A stretch of 64,000 nucleotides of DNA from a bacterium (GCA_021785355.1 JAJYFR010000004.1:7184-71183), one strand, 5' to 3'; shown: positions 9,772-20,384, numbered from the stretch's first letter. Translations and numbers: made by a program. Notes: generated by a model not told the origin, from the sequence alone.

Positions 9772-10080
9772 TAAATGTGTAAATATTGTGTAAATATTGT
9801 GCATACAATGTTTATAATTTGTTTTTTTTGAGGATAGTTTATAAAAACTTATACATATAAATATTAGTAATATATAAAACTATTCACATAAAAAAATCTT
9901 TGTTTTATAATAATAAATCAAAAAATATGTTTTATTTGCAAAAGATATTTAAGTTGTATATTATAAACAAGAAATACACAGTAATTTTTACTTTAACAAC
10001 AATAAAAATTACTAATTTTTAGAGTTATAAACATGTACTACTAAATACTACTATATTTTATATATAATAATAAAAGAAGA
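9772..10080. other. oriC: Replication origin oriC (dnaA-dnaN intergenic)
   Basis: Near-consensus DnaA boxes at 9776, 9787, 9798, 9809 (reverse) and 9849, 9880, 9961, 10025 (forward). DnaA-trio-like tract TACTACTAAATACTACTAT at 10036-10054, followed by an AT-rich tract. Confidence 0.88.
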
Positions 10081-11217
10081 ATGGATATAAATATAATAAG
10101 AGAAAATTTCATAGAACTCTTAAATTTTAATATAAAAACATATACATCAAAAGTAAGTATTCCTATACTTTCAAATGTATATATTGAAGCTAGAAATGGT
10201 AAATTGATATTAAAAAGTACAAATTTAGAAAATAGTGTTATTTCTTTTTGTGGAGTTGAAATAATAAAAGAAGGAGAAACTACTGTTAATATTAAAAATA
10301 TATATGATTTTGTAACTAATTTAAAATCAGAAATAATAAATATTAAATTTGAAAATAATACACTTACTATATCTGATAGTTTAAATAAAATATCTTTAAA
10401 TACTATACCAGCAGATGAATTTCCTGATATACCTGATAATGATAGTGATTTATTATTTAAAGTTCCAGCTTATGATTTTTCTTATGCTTTAGATAAAGTT
10501 ACATTTGCTACTTCAACTGATTTATCTAAATTAGTTTTATCTGGAGTTTTTTTTGAGATCAAAGATAATTTTTTAAAATTAATAGGTATTAATGGTTTTA
10601 GATTCTCTAGTTTTAATATAAAAGGTTTAAAAAATATAAAAAAAGATATTATTGATAATATAATAGTTCCATCATCTTCTTTAGATAATATTTCTAAAAT
10701 AATAAAAGATTTAGGTTTAGATAATGATAGTTTTGTTTCAGTTTATCTTGTTGGAAAAAATAATCAATTAATATTTGAAATAGATAATGTTAAATTTTTA
10801 GTTAGATTAATTGAAGGTAAATATCCTGATTATAATAAAATTTTTCCTGAAGATTATGAATGTAGTTTTTCTTTAAATGTAGAAGAGTTTAAAGATGTTA
10901 TAAAACTTTCTTCTATTTTTAAATTAAAAGATATATCTAGAATTTATATAGAAATAGATCCTAAAGAAAATGTAATTAAATTTCAATCATCTTTAAAAGA
11001 AGTTGGAGAAAGTATTAGTATAATAAAAACTAAAATAAAAGGAGTTAAATCTACTGTTAGTTTTAATTCTAAATATATAATGGATTTATTAAATAATTAT
11101 GAAGCTGAAGATATAGAAATAAGTATAAATTCTTCTTCTTTAAAAAAAGTATCAAAGTTTAATGAAAAGAAAAATGATGATTTTGTATATCTTGTAATGC
11201 CTCTTTTGGAAAGATAA
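10081..11217 (+). CDS. dnaN: DNA polymerase III beta sliding clamp
   Basis: IPILSNVYIEA, STNLE, DEFPDIP, RLIEGKYPDY, YLVMPL; position after dnaA. Confidence 0.97.
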   Translation: MDINIIRENFIELLNFNIKTYTSKVSIPILSNVYIEARNGKLILKSTNLENSVISFCGVEIIKEGETTVNIKNIYDFVTNLKSEIINIKFENNTLTISDSLNKISLNTIPADEFPDIPDNDSDLLFKVPAYDFSYALDKVTFATSTDLSKLVLSGVFFEIKDNFLKLIGINGFRFSSFNIKGLKNIKKDIIDNIIVPSSSLDNISKIIKDLGLDNDSFVSVYLVGKNNQLIFEIDNVKFLVRLIEGKYPDYNKIFPEDYECSFSLNVEEFKDVIKLSSIFKLKDISRIYIEIDPKENVIKFQSSLKEVGESISIIKTKIKGVKSTVSFNSKYIMDLLNNYEAEDIEISINSSSLKKVSKFNEKKNDDFVYLVMPLLER

Positions 11218-11219
11218 TC

Positions 11220-11504
11220 TTAAAAAGATCCTACTTTAATATTAATATCTATTATATTATTTTCTTTATATTTTTTAATTATTTTTTTAATTAATATATT
11301 TTTTGTAAGTAATATTTCTTGAGAAACATTTGAATTTTTAACTTTAAGTATAATTATATTATCTTTTAAATCTATAAACTTTATATATTTTTTTGAATTA
11401 ATACTAAGTACTGAGTCTAGAGAATCATAAACAATATCCCTTATTTCTATTTTTGACTGTATTTTATTTAATGAAATTTTAGATATGGATATCTTTTTAA
11501 GCAT
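11220..11504 (-). CDS. dciA: DciA/DUF721-family helicase loader-like protein
   Basis: 94 aa with the IILKVKNSNVSQEILL...IIDINIKVG pattern; location next to dnaN. Confidence 0.65.
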   Translation of the reverse strand: MLKKISISKISLNKIQSKIEIRDIVYDSLDSVLSINSKKYIKFIDLKDNIIILKVKNSNVSQEILLTKNILIKKIIKKYKENNIIDINIKVGSF

Positions 11505-11862
11505 TAGATATTTTTTTTATAAAATCTTTAGCTTTATTAAAATTCTCCATTTTAGTTAATTTAAAAATATTTAGAACATCATCTGAAGATACAGATTCTT
11601 TTCCTGCAAATTTTTTAATTTCAGAATCATCTAAATCTACACTTAATCTAAACCTATTAACCATATTGTTTAAAGGTTTTACTATATAGATTATATTTTT
11701 ATTTAAACAATTTTCACATCTTATATAAGCTATTGTTACATTTTCATTTTTATCTATAAGTTCTACTAAATTTTTATCATGAAATGCTCCACATTTCTCA
11801 CAATAAGAAGGTATAATATCTAATATCTCTTTTATATCTGGATTGTTTTTATTCTTTGCCAT
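11497..11862 (-). CDS. Zinc-ribbon (2x CxxC) hypothetical protein
   Basis: CEKC...CENC, C-terminal VDLxxxExxKF...VSSDDV. Confidence 0.75.
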   Translation of the reverse strand: MAKNKNNPDIKEILDIIPSYCEKCGAFHDKNLVELIDKNENVTIAYIRCENCLNKNIIYIVKPLNNMVNRFRLSVDLDDSEIKKFAGKESVSSDDVLNIFKLTKMENFNKAKDFIKKISNA

Positions 11863-11880
11863 ATATTTGATTATATAACA

Positions 11881-12990
11881 TTATGTCAATAAAGTTTTCT
11901 TTTTTTTGGAAATATTAGTAATAAAAGCTATTATTAAGAATACTATTAATATTGTAAAACCTAATATAATAGCTTTGTGAAAACCTGTTATTATTAATGC
12001 TATTATACCTATAACAGCAGTGAATAAATATTCTATAAAAGCTACTTTTTTTTGAGAAAATCCTAGATCTAATAATCTGTGATGCAGATGTCTTTTATCA
12101 TTTATATTTATTAATCCTAATAATGTTTTAGGTTTTTCTTCTATTATTCTGGATATTATTACCCAAAAAGAGTCTATAACAGGAATAGATAAAACCATCA
12201 TTGTTGAAGCTAGTTTAGCTCCTGAATAAATAGAAAGAATTGCTATTATAAAACCATAAACACTTTTTCCTGAAGCTCCTGAAAAAATTTTAGAAGGATA
12301 AAAGTTATAAAATAGAAATCCTATCAAGAGTCCAGCAAATATAAAACCCATAAAAGCCGTATCATATGTTTGAAAACGTATAGATAAAAGTCCTATTATT
12401 ATTGCAATTATAGATAAATTTCCTTCTGCAAGACCGTCTGTACCTGCCATCCATTTAACAGCATTTATGATAATTAATATCCAAATTATAGAAAGGAAGA
12501 AAGAAACAAAATATAGATGAACCCCTAAAAAATTAAAAGGTATCTGATTTAAAGAAAAGATTCCATATAAAGGTTTTGATATATAATAAATATCTAAACC
12601 AGAGAGAGTTACTATGAGAGTTGCTATAATTTGTATAATCAATTGAAGTTTAGCACTTATATCAAAAATATCATCTATTATACCTCCTAAAAATAACACA
12701 GAAACACCTATTATAAAGAATAATAAATGATAATTTATTTTCAAAAAGAAAAGTATTAAAAATATAAAAGGAAAGATTACTGCAATTCCTCCTAATTTTA
12801 ATTTAGGATCTTGATGAATCCTTCTTTTAGCAGTAGAGTCTAACCTTAAACCTTGAGGTAGATCGTAAACTTTAAATTTTTTAGAAAAATAACCTATTAA
12901 AGGAGTTAGAAGAAAAGAAATTAAAAAACTTTCTAAAAAAATAGGTAAAAAAGATATATATTTTAAATACACTATAAGACTATTATTCAT
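11881..12990 (-). CDS. MraY/WecA/TagO-family undecaprenyl-phosphate HexNAc-1-P transferase
   Basis: IHQDPKLKLGG, GIIDD, INAVKWMAGTDGL, YNFYPSKIF, DKRHLHHRL; many TM helices. Confidence 0.88.
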   Translation of the reverse strand: MNNSLIVYLKYISFLPIFLESFLISFLLTPLIGYFSKKFKVYDLPQGLRLDSTAKRRIHQDPKLKLGGIAVIFPFIFLILFFLKINYHLLFFIIGVSVLFLGGIIDDIFDISAKLQLIIQIIATLIVTLSGLDIYYISKPLYGIFSLNQIPFNFLGVHLYFVSFFLSIIWILIIINAVKWMAGTDGLAEGNLSIIAIIIGLLSIRFQTYDTAFMGFIFAGLLIGFLFYNFYPSKIFSGASGKSVYGFIIAILSIYSGAKLASTMMVLSIPVIDSFWVIISRIIEEKPKTLLGLININDKRHLHHRLLDLGFSQKKVAFIEYLFTAVIGIIALIITGFHKAIILGFTILIVFLIIAFITNISKKKKTLLT

Positions 12991-13424
12991 AGAGACATTT
13001 GTATGATTTTATACACATCTAAAACTGTAAAAAAAATAAAGGCTATACCCAAAAAATGGCTTAGGAAATACATTCCTTTGACCTTATAGTAGGTTTTGTA
13101 TGACGTGTAAAAAAATAAAAAGTATCCAAAAATTAAAACCGATAGAATTAAAAATAATGAGACTTTAGGATATAAAACAAACTTATTATTGAAAAATATT
13201 ATAGGTATATTTCCAGGAAGGTGGGAATAGTAAATTATAAGTAAAATTATATAATTTATTATTAAAAATAAATTTATAAAGAGATAAAACCATGTAAAAA
13301 AATTCTTCCAAAAAGATATATTTTTTATTTGTTCTACATAATTATTGATAAAATTTTTATTTTTTAACAATAAAGATTCTTTTTTTATGTTTAAAGGTAT
13401 TTGATTTAATTTTTTATATTCCAT
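12987..13424 (-). CDS. Small membrane protein (DUF1648-like)
   Basis: 3 TM segments with a YSHLPGNIPI motif. Confidence 0.5.
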   Translation of the reverse strand: MEYKKLNQIPLNIKKESLLLKNKNFINNYVEQIKNISFWKNFFTWFYLFINLFLIINYIILLIIYYSHLPGNIPIIFFNNKFVLYPKVSLFLILSVLIFGYFLFFYTSYKTYYKVKGMYFLSHFLGIAFIFFTVLDVYKIIQMSL

Positions 13425-13551
13425 CTTTGTTTAAGTATAACACAATAATATATCTATATTTATAGGTATTTTATATTATATTTTCTTATGTATTTTTATC
13501 ACTTATATTAGAAAATATAAAGATTATTTATAAAAATATAAGATTAATTTA

Positions 13552-15540
13552 CTAGTTATAGAAGTAAGTGTAAGTGTTGTTAGAGTTATAAATAATATTG
13601 TATAAAAATAGTTTATTTTTTGAAGTTATAAATCCGTTTATTATATTGGGAGTATTAACTAATTTTTGTAATTTATTAAATATATTTATATTTACATAAA
13701 TAACCCCATTATTTTTTATATGAAAAGCACTTTCTGTCAAAGAATTTATAACTAAAGCTTGGCTACTTAAAGAGTTTTTAGTTGTAGATAGGTTTAAATC
13801 TCCAGGGTTATTAGTATATATATTTTTTATTATCTGGCCTTTATCAAGTGATATAAAATCATAACTAACTATATTTAGAGAGTTGTTTTTATTTTTCTTA
13901 TTGTAATAAGCAATCATATAGGATTTTTTACCAGAAATTATATTTTTTAATATACTCTCGTTATTATAAAAAGTTTGATATATATTGATATTTTCTGTTT
14001 CTATATTTATTAAATTATTATAAAAAGTTTTAAGAAGAGAGGTTTTTATGAGTTTTGTTTTATTTAAAAGGTTTATATTTTTATTGTAGTAAAAATTGTT
14101 TATATAAATTTTTTTACTTTTCCCTATATTTTCTATTAAACTTTTATAAGTAATAGCTGTTTGTATAGTATCTTTTATATAACCATTTTCTTCTTGATAA
14201 TATTTAAATAAAACCATTTTATTTTCATAAAAATAAACATTTTTTAGTACTGGACTTAAAAAACTAGTAAGATATAGAATTTGAGAATCTTTTGTGCTAA
14301 TTTTTGAATTTATATTTATAGCTTTATTGTAATTATGATTTTGGATAAGAGACATTTCATATACAGTATTATTTTCTATATATTTGTAATCTTTATATAT
14401 TGTATAGGTATAAAATCCTATACATATAAGTAATATAATTATTATTATAGAAAATAAAGGTTTTCTTTTTTTCAATTTCTTTTTTTTAGTATCATAATCT
14501 ATTAAATAATTCTTTTTTATATTATCAAAATTAGAAATATCTAGTTTTGATAAGGATTCTTTTTTTACGATTTCTTTTTCATCTTTATCTTGATTTTGAG
14601 GAATATTAATAATATTTTTAGTTTGAATTAAAACTTTAGGCTTTTTTAATACATCTATTAATTTATAATCCAGAGTTTTCTTTAATCCTTCCTCAAGAGA
14701 AGTTTTAGGTGTCCATTCTTCATAAACATTAATAGAATTTTTTATTCTATCTTCTAACCTCTCTTCTCTACTCTCTTTATGTGTTATAGGAAATCCTGTA
14801 ATATCAGATATTCTGAAAGCTAAAGAGATATTTGATATATCTTCTTTGTTTGCAAGAACAAATTCACCTTCTTTGTCTGAAAATAAAATATTTGCTATTC
14901 CAAAAAGAATATCTTCAAGATATATATAGTGAAAAAAAGAATTTTCTTTATTTATAGAGATTTTCTCTTTTTCTTTTATACTTTCTATTATTTCGTTAAT
15001 AGGTGTTTTTATAAAATTATCTAATCTTTCTCCATAAACCTCCCCTACTTTTATTAAAGAGACTTTAGAACCTTCTTTCTCTTTTAATGTTTTTTTCTCT
15101 ATACTTTCCGTGTATTCTAAAAAATATTTTGATTTTTCTTTTGATAAATTTAAAACAACTCCAATATTGGCAGAATAAAATTTTGAAATTTTGAAAAAAA
15201 TATCTAATAATTCTAAATTTTTTTGCACATTTATTTCTTCTTTATATTCAAAATTTCCTAAAAATAAAGAGAAATTTAAAGAGTTTAATTTCTTTAAAAT
15301 ATCTAATATATCTATATTTGATAAAACGTCTAAAATTTTAACTTCACCTTTAATATTTTTATCTTTAATACTTTTTATTTTTTTTATATTTTCAATATTT
15401 TTTCTTGTAATACTGTCAATTAAAAGTACATTTCCTCCTCCTAACAAAATCTCTTCGGTAAGTTTTTCTCCTAAGAAATTTAACCCATTAAATATTAATG
15501 ATGTAGGTAAATTTTTTGTAAAAAAATTATTTTTGGACAT
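13552..15540 (-). CDS. Degenerate NAD-dependent epimerase/SDR-fold domain + TM + extracellular domain
   Basis: LIFNGLNFLGEKL..GGNVLLID Rossmann-like start, EVYG, YIYLEDI, WTPKTSLEEGLKKT; a single TM at ~aa 360-380. Confidence 0.65.
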   Translation of the reverse strand: MSKNNFFTKNLPTSLIFNGLNFLGEKLTEEILLGGGNVLLIDSITRKNIENIKKIKSIKDKNIKGEVKILDVLSNIDILDILKKLNSLNFSLFLGNFEYKEEINVQKNLELLDIFFKISKFYSANIGVVLNLSKEKSKYFLEYTESIEKKTLKEKEGSKVSLIKVGEVYGERLDNFIKTPINEIIESIKEKEKISINKENSFFHYIYLEDILFGIANILFSDKEGEFVLANKEDISNISLAFRISDITGFPITHKESREERLEDRIKNSINVYEEWTPKTSLEEGLKKTLDYKLIDVLKKPKVLIQTKNIINIPQNQDKDEKEIVKKESLSKLDISNFDNIKKNYLIDYDTKKKKLKKRKPLFSIIIIILLICIGFYTYTIYKDYKYIENNTVYEMSLIQNHNYNKAININSKISTKDSQILYLTSFLSPVLKNVYFYENKMVLFKYYQEENGYIKDTIQTAITYKSLIENIGKSKKIYINNFYYNKNINLLNKTKLIKTSLLKTFYNNLINIETENINIYQTFYNNESILKNIISGKKSYMIAYYNKKNKNNSLNIVSYDFISLDKGQIIKNIYTNNPGDLNLSTTKNSLSSQALVINSLTESAFHIKNNGVIYVNINIFNKLQKLVNTPNIINGFITSKNKLFLYNIIYNSNNTYTYFYN

Positions 15541-15634
15541 TAATTAAGCTTATCAGTTTTACCTTTATAAGTAAATTATATTTAAGTTTTTGTGTTATAT
15601 AAATCAATTTGAAAACAAGAAAAATACAAAGGGT

Positions 15635-15692
15635 TTGACAAAGAACATAAGGGAGTGCTAAACTATTGGCAGTTACGTTAAAAGTTTGCTAA
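15635..15692 (+). promoter_or_regulatory. hrcA operon promoter with CIRCE-like operator(s)
   Basis: TTGACA at 15635-15640 and extended -10 TGcTAAACT at 15656-15664. Perfect CIRCE right arm GAGTGCTAA at 15653-15661 and degenerate CIRCE TTGGCAGTT-N9-GTTTGCTAA at 15666-15692. Confidence 0.75.
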
Positions 15693-15696
15693 ACAT

Positions 15697-16419
15697 ATGA
15701 CACCAAGACAAGCTAAAATACTAGAATATGTTATTTTAGAGTACATGGAAACAGCTCAAGCTGTAGGGTCTGTCTCAATGTCTAGAAAATATAGAGTAGA
15801 TGCCTCTCCTGCTACAATAAGGAACGAGATGGCAAATCTTATAGATTTAGGATTTTTATCAAAAGAGCATTTTTCTTCTGGTAGGATTCCTACAACTGTT
15901 GGATTTAGATATTATTTAGAAAACTTTTTAAGAGAAGAGGATTTGAATTATTTAGATGAAATGGCTATAAAAGAAGCATTGCATGAGTCTAGATTTCAAA
16001 GAGAAAAAATATTAAAAACTGCTGTAGAAATATTATCTAAACATTTAGAATATACAGCTATAGCGCTTGCATCTGGATCTTTATATTATTCAGGAATTTC
16101 AGATATTTTAAATTATCCTGAATTTGAAGATTTAGCTACTCTTAAAAATATAATATCAGTAATAGAAAATGCTGATATATTAGATAGTATTTTTGAGAAA
16201 GGAAATAAATATGAAGGTGGGGTAAAAATATTAATAGGAGAAGAAACAGGATTTAATAGTTTTAGTTCTTGCGCAATTGCATATAAAGGTTTTAGATTAC
16301 ATAGAGGGGAACAAGGGTATCTTGCTGTTATAGGTCCTTTTAGAATGAACTATAATAAAGTTCTACCCTTTTTAAACTATACAGCAGATATATTAGAAGA
16401 GGTAACCTCTGGGTGGTAA
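15697..16419 (+). CDS. hrcA: Heat-inducible transcription repressor HrcA (short form)
   Basis: VGS, SPATIRNEM, HFSSGRIPT, GFRYY, VIGPFRMNY. Confidence 0.95.
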   Translation: MTPRQAKILEYVILEYMETAQAVGSVSMSRKYRVDASPATIRNEMANLIDLGFLSKEHFSSGRIPTTVGFRYYLENFLREEDLNYLDEMAIKEALHESRFQREKILKTAVEILSKHLEYTAIALASGSLYYSGISDILNYPEFEDLATLKNIISVIENADILDSIFEKGNKYEGGVKILIGEETGFNSFSSCAIAYKGFRLHRGEQGYLAVIGPFRMNYNKVLPFLNYTADILEEVTSGW

Positions 16420-16442
16420 TTTATTTATATATTTAAAATATT

Positions 16443-16970
16443 ATGGCTACAAAAAAAACAAAAGAACCAAAAATAAAGATAGAAGAAGAAGTTATAAAAG
16501 AACTTGATTCTAGAGATAAAGAAATAGAAGATCTTATAAAAACAAAAGATGATTTAGAGAATAAATTAAAAAATGCTTTATCTGACTATCAAAATTTTAA
16601 AAGAAGAATAGAAACTGAAAAAGAAAATAATGCAGACGTATTAAACAATTTATTACTTAGGGATTTTATAAATATGTCTGATAATCTATATCTTTATATT
16701 AAACATATAGAGAAAACCATTAAAGATGAAAATATTTTAATGGGAATAAACATGATATATGAAGAGAGCCTTAATGTAATAAAAGCACAAGGAGTAACAC
16801 TCTCTTCTGTTAAAGAGGGAGATACTTTTTCTCCTTTATTACATGAGGTTGTTGGTACTGTAGCAGGAGAAGATGAAAATAAGATAAGAGAGGTAGTTAG
16901 GGTAGGTTACGAGAAAGATGGTAAGGTTATAAGGCCAGCAAGAGTTATCGTAGAAAAAAAAGAAAATTAA
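16443..16970 (+). CDS. grpE: Nucleotide exchange factor GrpE
   Basis: SDYQNFKRR, FSPLLHE, GY...VIRPARVIV; between hrcA and dnaK. Confidence 0.95.
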   Translation: MATKKTKEPKIKIEEEVIKELDSRDKEIEDLIKTKDDLENKLKNALSDYQNFKRRIETEKENNADVLNNLLLRDFINMSDNLYLYIKHIEKTIKDENILMGINMIYEESLNVIKAQGVTLSSVKEGDTFSPLLHEVVGTVAGEDENKIREVVRVGYEKDGKVIRPARVIVEKKEN

Positions 16971-16994
16971 ATTATTTTAGTATTATAAACAATT

Positions 16995-18908
16995 ATGTCA
17001 AAAATTTTAGGAATAGATTTAGGAACAACAAATTCAGCAATGTCCTTTATGGAAGGAGGAAATCCTACTGTAATAACAAATTCTGAAGGAGCAAGAACTA
17101 CTCCGTCAGTAATAGCAATTTTACCTGATAAATCTAGAGCTGTAGGTATTACAGCTAAGAATCAAATGGTTTTGAATCCAAAACAAACTTTTTATTCAAT
17201 TAAAAGGTTAATAGGAAGATCATTTGATGACGAAGAGGTACAAAGAGATTTAAAAGTATTTCCTTTTGAGTTAAGAAAATCTTCAGGAGGAGGAATAGAA
17301 GTTCAATTTGGAGATGAATGGTTAGCTCCAGAAGCTTTATCTGCACTAGTTTTATCTAAATTAAAAACAGATGCAGAGGCTTTTTTAGGAGAAAAAATAA
17401 CAGAGGCAGTTATAACTGTACCTGCATATTTTGATGATTCTCAAAGACAAGCAACTAAAAACGCAGGAAAAATAGCAGGTTTAGATGTAAAAAGAATAAT
17501 TAATGAACCAACAGCAGCAGCACTTGCTTATGGATTTGATAAAAAGGGAGAAAAAACAATAGTTGTTTATGATTTAGGAGGAGGAACATTTGATGTTTCA
17601 ATTCTAGAATTAGGAGATGGAATATTTGAGGTTATATCAACAAATGGAGATACCCATTTAGGAGGAGACGATTTCGATAGAAGAATAATAGATTATATTG
17701 CAGAAGAGTTTCAGAAAACAAATGGAATAGATTTAAGGAGTGACTCTGCTGCACTACAAAGATTAAAAGAAGCAAGTGAAAAAGCAAAAATAGAACTATC
17801 TTCTACTAATCAAACTCAAATAAACATTCCTTTCATAACTGCAGATGCAACAGGGCCAAAGCATTTAAATATGAGTATTACTAGAGCTCAGTTAGAAAAT
17901 TTAGTTAAAGACTTAGTTGATGAAACTATGACTCCTGTAAAAAAAGCATTAGAAGATGCTAAAAAGAAAGTTGGAGATATAGATGAGATTATATTAGTAG
18001 GTGGTATGACAAGAATGCCAGCAATTAGTGATGCTGTAAAAAATTTCTTTAATAAAGAACCTAATAAAAGTGTGAACCCTGATGAAGTAGTTGCAATAGG
18101 AGCTGCTGTACAAGGAGGAGTTTTAGCTGGAGATGTAAGAGACGTAACTTTACTAGATGTTACTCCCCTATCTTTAGGTTTAGAAACTCTAGGAGGTGTT
18201 TCTACTAGAATAATAGATAGAAATTCAACAATTCCTATTCAAAAGCAACAAGTTTTTACTACAGCAGCAGATAATCAAACTTCTGTAGAAATACATATTT
18301 TGCAAGGAGAGAGAGAATTTGCAAAAGATAATAAAACTTTAGGTAGATTTATTTTAGATGGAGTTGCTCCTGCTAAGAGAGGGATTCCTCAAATAGAAGT
18401 ATCTTTTGATATTGATGCAAACGGTATTTTGAAAGTTTCTGCAACAGATAAAGCTACAGGGAAACAACAACATATAACAATTACTGCAAATACTTCTCTT
18501 TCTGATGATGAAGTTGAAAGATTAGTAAAAGAAGCAAAGGAGAATGAAGAAGAAGATAAAAAGAAGAAGGAGTTGATAGACCTTAAAAATACTTCTGAAA
18601 CTGTTGCTTTTTCAGCTGAAACATTTTTAACAGAGAATAAAGATAAGATACCAGAAGACAAAAAAACTTTATTAGAAGAAAAAATCTCAGCTCTAAAGGA
18701 AGTAAGTTCAAAAGAAGATGTATCTAAAGAAGACTTAGAGAAAGCTATGAATGAACTAGAAAGCACTATGCAAGAGATAGGAACGTCTATGAATCAAGGA
18801 GGCTCTAATACTGAAGGAGATACTTCAGGAGGCACTACAAATGAGGAAGGAGGAAATAGCGAAGAAACTCCACCTACAGATGAACCTAAAGAAGGTGAAG
18901 TTCTCTAA
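16995..18908 (+). CDS. dnaK: Chaperone DnaK
   Basis: [33 protein letters not shown]. Confidence 0.99.
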   Translation: MSKILGIDLGTTNSAMSFMEGGNPTVITNSEGARTTPSVIAILPDKSRAVGITAKNQMVLNPKQTFYSIKRLIGRSFDDEEVQRDLKVFPFELRKSSGGGIEVQFGDEWLAPEALSALVLSKLKTDAEAFLGEKITEAVITVPAYFDDSQRQATKNAGKIAGLDVKRIINEPTAAALAYGFDKKGEKTIVVYDLGGGTFDVSILELGDGIFEVISTNGDTHLGGDDFDRRIIDYIAEEFQKTNGIDLRSDSAALQRLKEASEKAKIELSSTNQTQINIPFITADATGPKHLNMSITRAQLENLVKDLVDETMTPVKKALEDAKKKVGDIDEIILVGGMTRMPAISDAVKNFFNKEPNKSVNPDEVVAIGAAVQGGVLAGDVRDVTLLDVTPLSLGLETLGGVSTRIIDRNSTIPIQKQQVFTTAADNQTSVEIHILQGEREFAKDNKTLGRFILDGVAPAKRGIPQIEVSFDIDANGILKVSATDKATGKQQHITITANTSLSDDEVERLVKEAKENEEEDKKKKELIDLKNTSETVAFSAETFLTENKDKIPEDKKTLLEEKISALKEVSSKEDVSKEDLEKAMNELESTMQEIGTSMNQGGSNTEGDTSGGTTNEEGGNSEETPPTDEPKEGEVL

Positions 18909-18928
18909 AACTCTTTAAATATAATATT

Positions 18929-18963
18929 AAGGCTCTCTAATGATAGGGGGCCTTTTTATTTTT
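18929..18963 (+). terminator. Intrinsic terminator after dnaK
   Basis: AAGGCTCTCTA-ATGA-TAGGGGGCCTT stem (with G-U pairs) followed by a T-run. Confidence 0.8.
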
Positions 18964-19088
18964 ATAAGTGTATTTATTAAAAAATAAGTTGAATTGTATC
19001 TTTCAGTGGAGTGTAATGTTCTATATACTTACTATTGTTATCAGTAATAAAATTTTTTGATATATTATTTATAAGAACATAAATAATT

Positions 19089-19295
19089 CTAAATTTTATT
19101 TTCTAGGAATGTTTTTAATTTCTGAGATTTTAATTTAGTGAATTTTTTAATTTTTGTTTGACTTGTTAAAACCCTTATCGAAAAATCTTCATTATTATCT
19201 GTTATTATTTCTAGGTCACTTAAAAATTTAACCTTCTCTTCTTCTGGGAGGATTTCATCAAGGTTTAGATATTTTATATGTTGATAATTAATCAT
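19089..19295 (-). CDS. Small hypothetical protein
   Basis: 68-aa ORF with protein-like composition; TAAAAT -10-like box 7 nt before ATG. Confidence 0.5.
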   Translation of the reverse strand: MINYQHIKYLNLDEILPEEEKVKFLSDLEIITDNNEDFSIRVLTSQTKIKKFTKLKSQKLKTFLENKI

Positions 19296-19430
19296 TAATT
19301 ACATTTTATCAATTAATTAATAATAATACTATATTTAGGTTTTATTAAAATTAGATTATAAAATTAAAGACCACTGTTTATTGCCTTACTGTAAACAAAA
19401 CTTTATTTTTATTTAAAAAAAATTAAAAAT

Positions 19431-20384
19431 ATGATAATCTTCCTTTACATGGATAATAAAGATTTAACAACCGATTTAAATAGAACTGATATAAATAATC
19501 CAAACGATATATATAAGAAAAACTCAAAACTTAATGAAAATCTTGATTTTAAAAATTTATCTTCATTTTTGTACCTATTAGGAGGCATTTTATTAATATT
19601 AGGTATATTGGTTTTGATAATTAATATAGTAATTAATTATCAAAGTGCATGGATATACTTATCTATGGGTATAATTTTAAGCATAATATTATATTTTTTA
19701 TATTGGTATTTAAAAAAGAGAGTTAAGGTAGATGTTGCATATATACTTCTTTTGGCTTCATATCTAGCGAATTACATTTCTGTTACGTATTTAACTCAGT
19801 TAGCATATGTGAATGGTTATAGTAGTTCTATGAGAAATTCTTTCTTTTTCTTTATGCTTGCTGTTGCAGGTTTATTCTATTATCAAACTCCATTAATAAT
19901 AGGTTTTAGCAGTTTTTACTTTGCTATAAGTATATATAATTTAGTTTCTCCAGGAGCAGTGTCTTATCTAAATAATGTTATTCTTATTTTGGGGTTGTTA
20001 TATATATTTATAAGTAATTTTTTAGATAAAAAATTTACAAAAGACTATTCTTCGTGGATACTTTTAGCGGGTTCATATTTATATTTTTATGGGTTATATT
20101 CTATGTTTGGACTGAATAATATCAATGGTGTTATATTTCTTATATTAATCACTTTATTAGTAGCTTATGGTTATTATAAAAACAGAATAGTCCCTATAGT
20201 CTTTGGATTTATAGGTGATTTTATTTATATGGCAACTCTTTTATATACATCATATACAAATCTTCTTTATCTAATGTTAATAATTGTGTTGTTAGGAATA
20301 ATATTAATACTTTCTTCTTTTGTAATAAAAAAATACTCTCTTTTAAGTTTCAATAAAGAAGATAGAGGTTCTGTTTTTATGTAA
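19431..20384 (+). CDS. Polytopic membrane protein (DUF2157-like); likely start ATG 19449
   Basis: About 10 hydrophobic segments, LYLLGGILLILG first helix. Confidence 0.6.
   Translation: MIIFLYMDNKDLTTDLNRTDINNPNDIYKKNSKLNENLDFKNLSSFLYLLGGILLILGILVLIINIVINYQSAWIYLSMGIILSIILYFLYWYLKKRVKVDVAYILLLASYLANYISVTYLTQLAYVNGYSSSMRNSFFFFMLAVAGLFYYQTPLIIGFSSFYFAISIYNLVSPGAVSYLNNVILILGLLYIFISNFLDKKFTKDYSSWILLAGSYLYFYGLYSMFGLNNINGVIFLILITLLVAYGYYKNRIVPIVFGFIGDFIYMATLLYTSYTNLLYLMLIIVLLGIILILSSFVIKKYSLLSFNKEDRGSVFM

Noticed and set aside
13476-13520. Inverted repeat TTATATTTTCT / AGAAAATATAA
   Set aside because: Almost pure A/T in a very AT-rich spacer, with no supporting context
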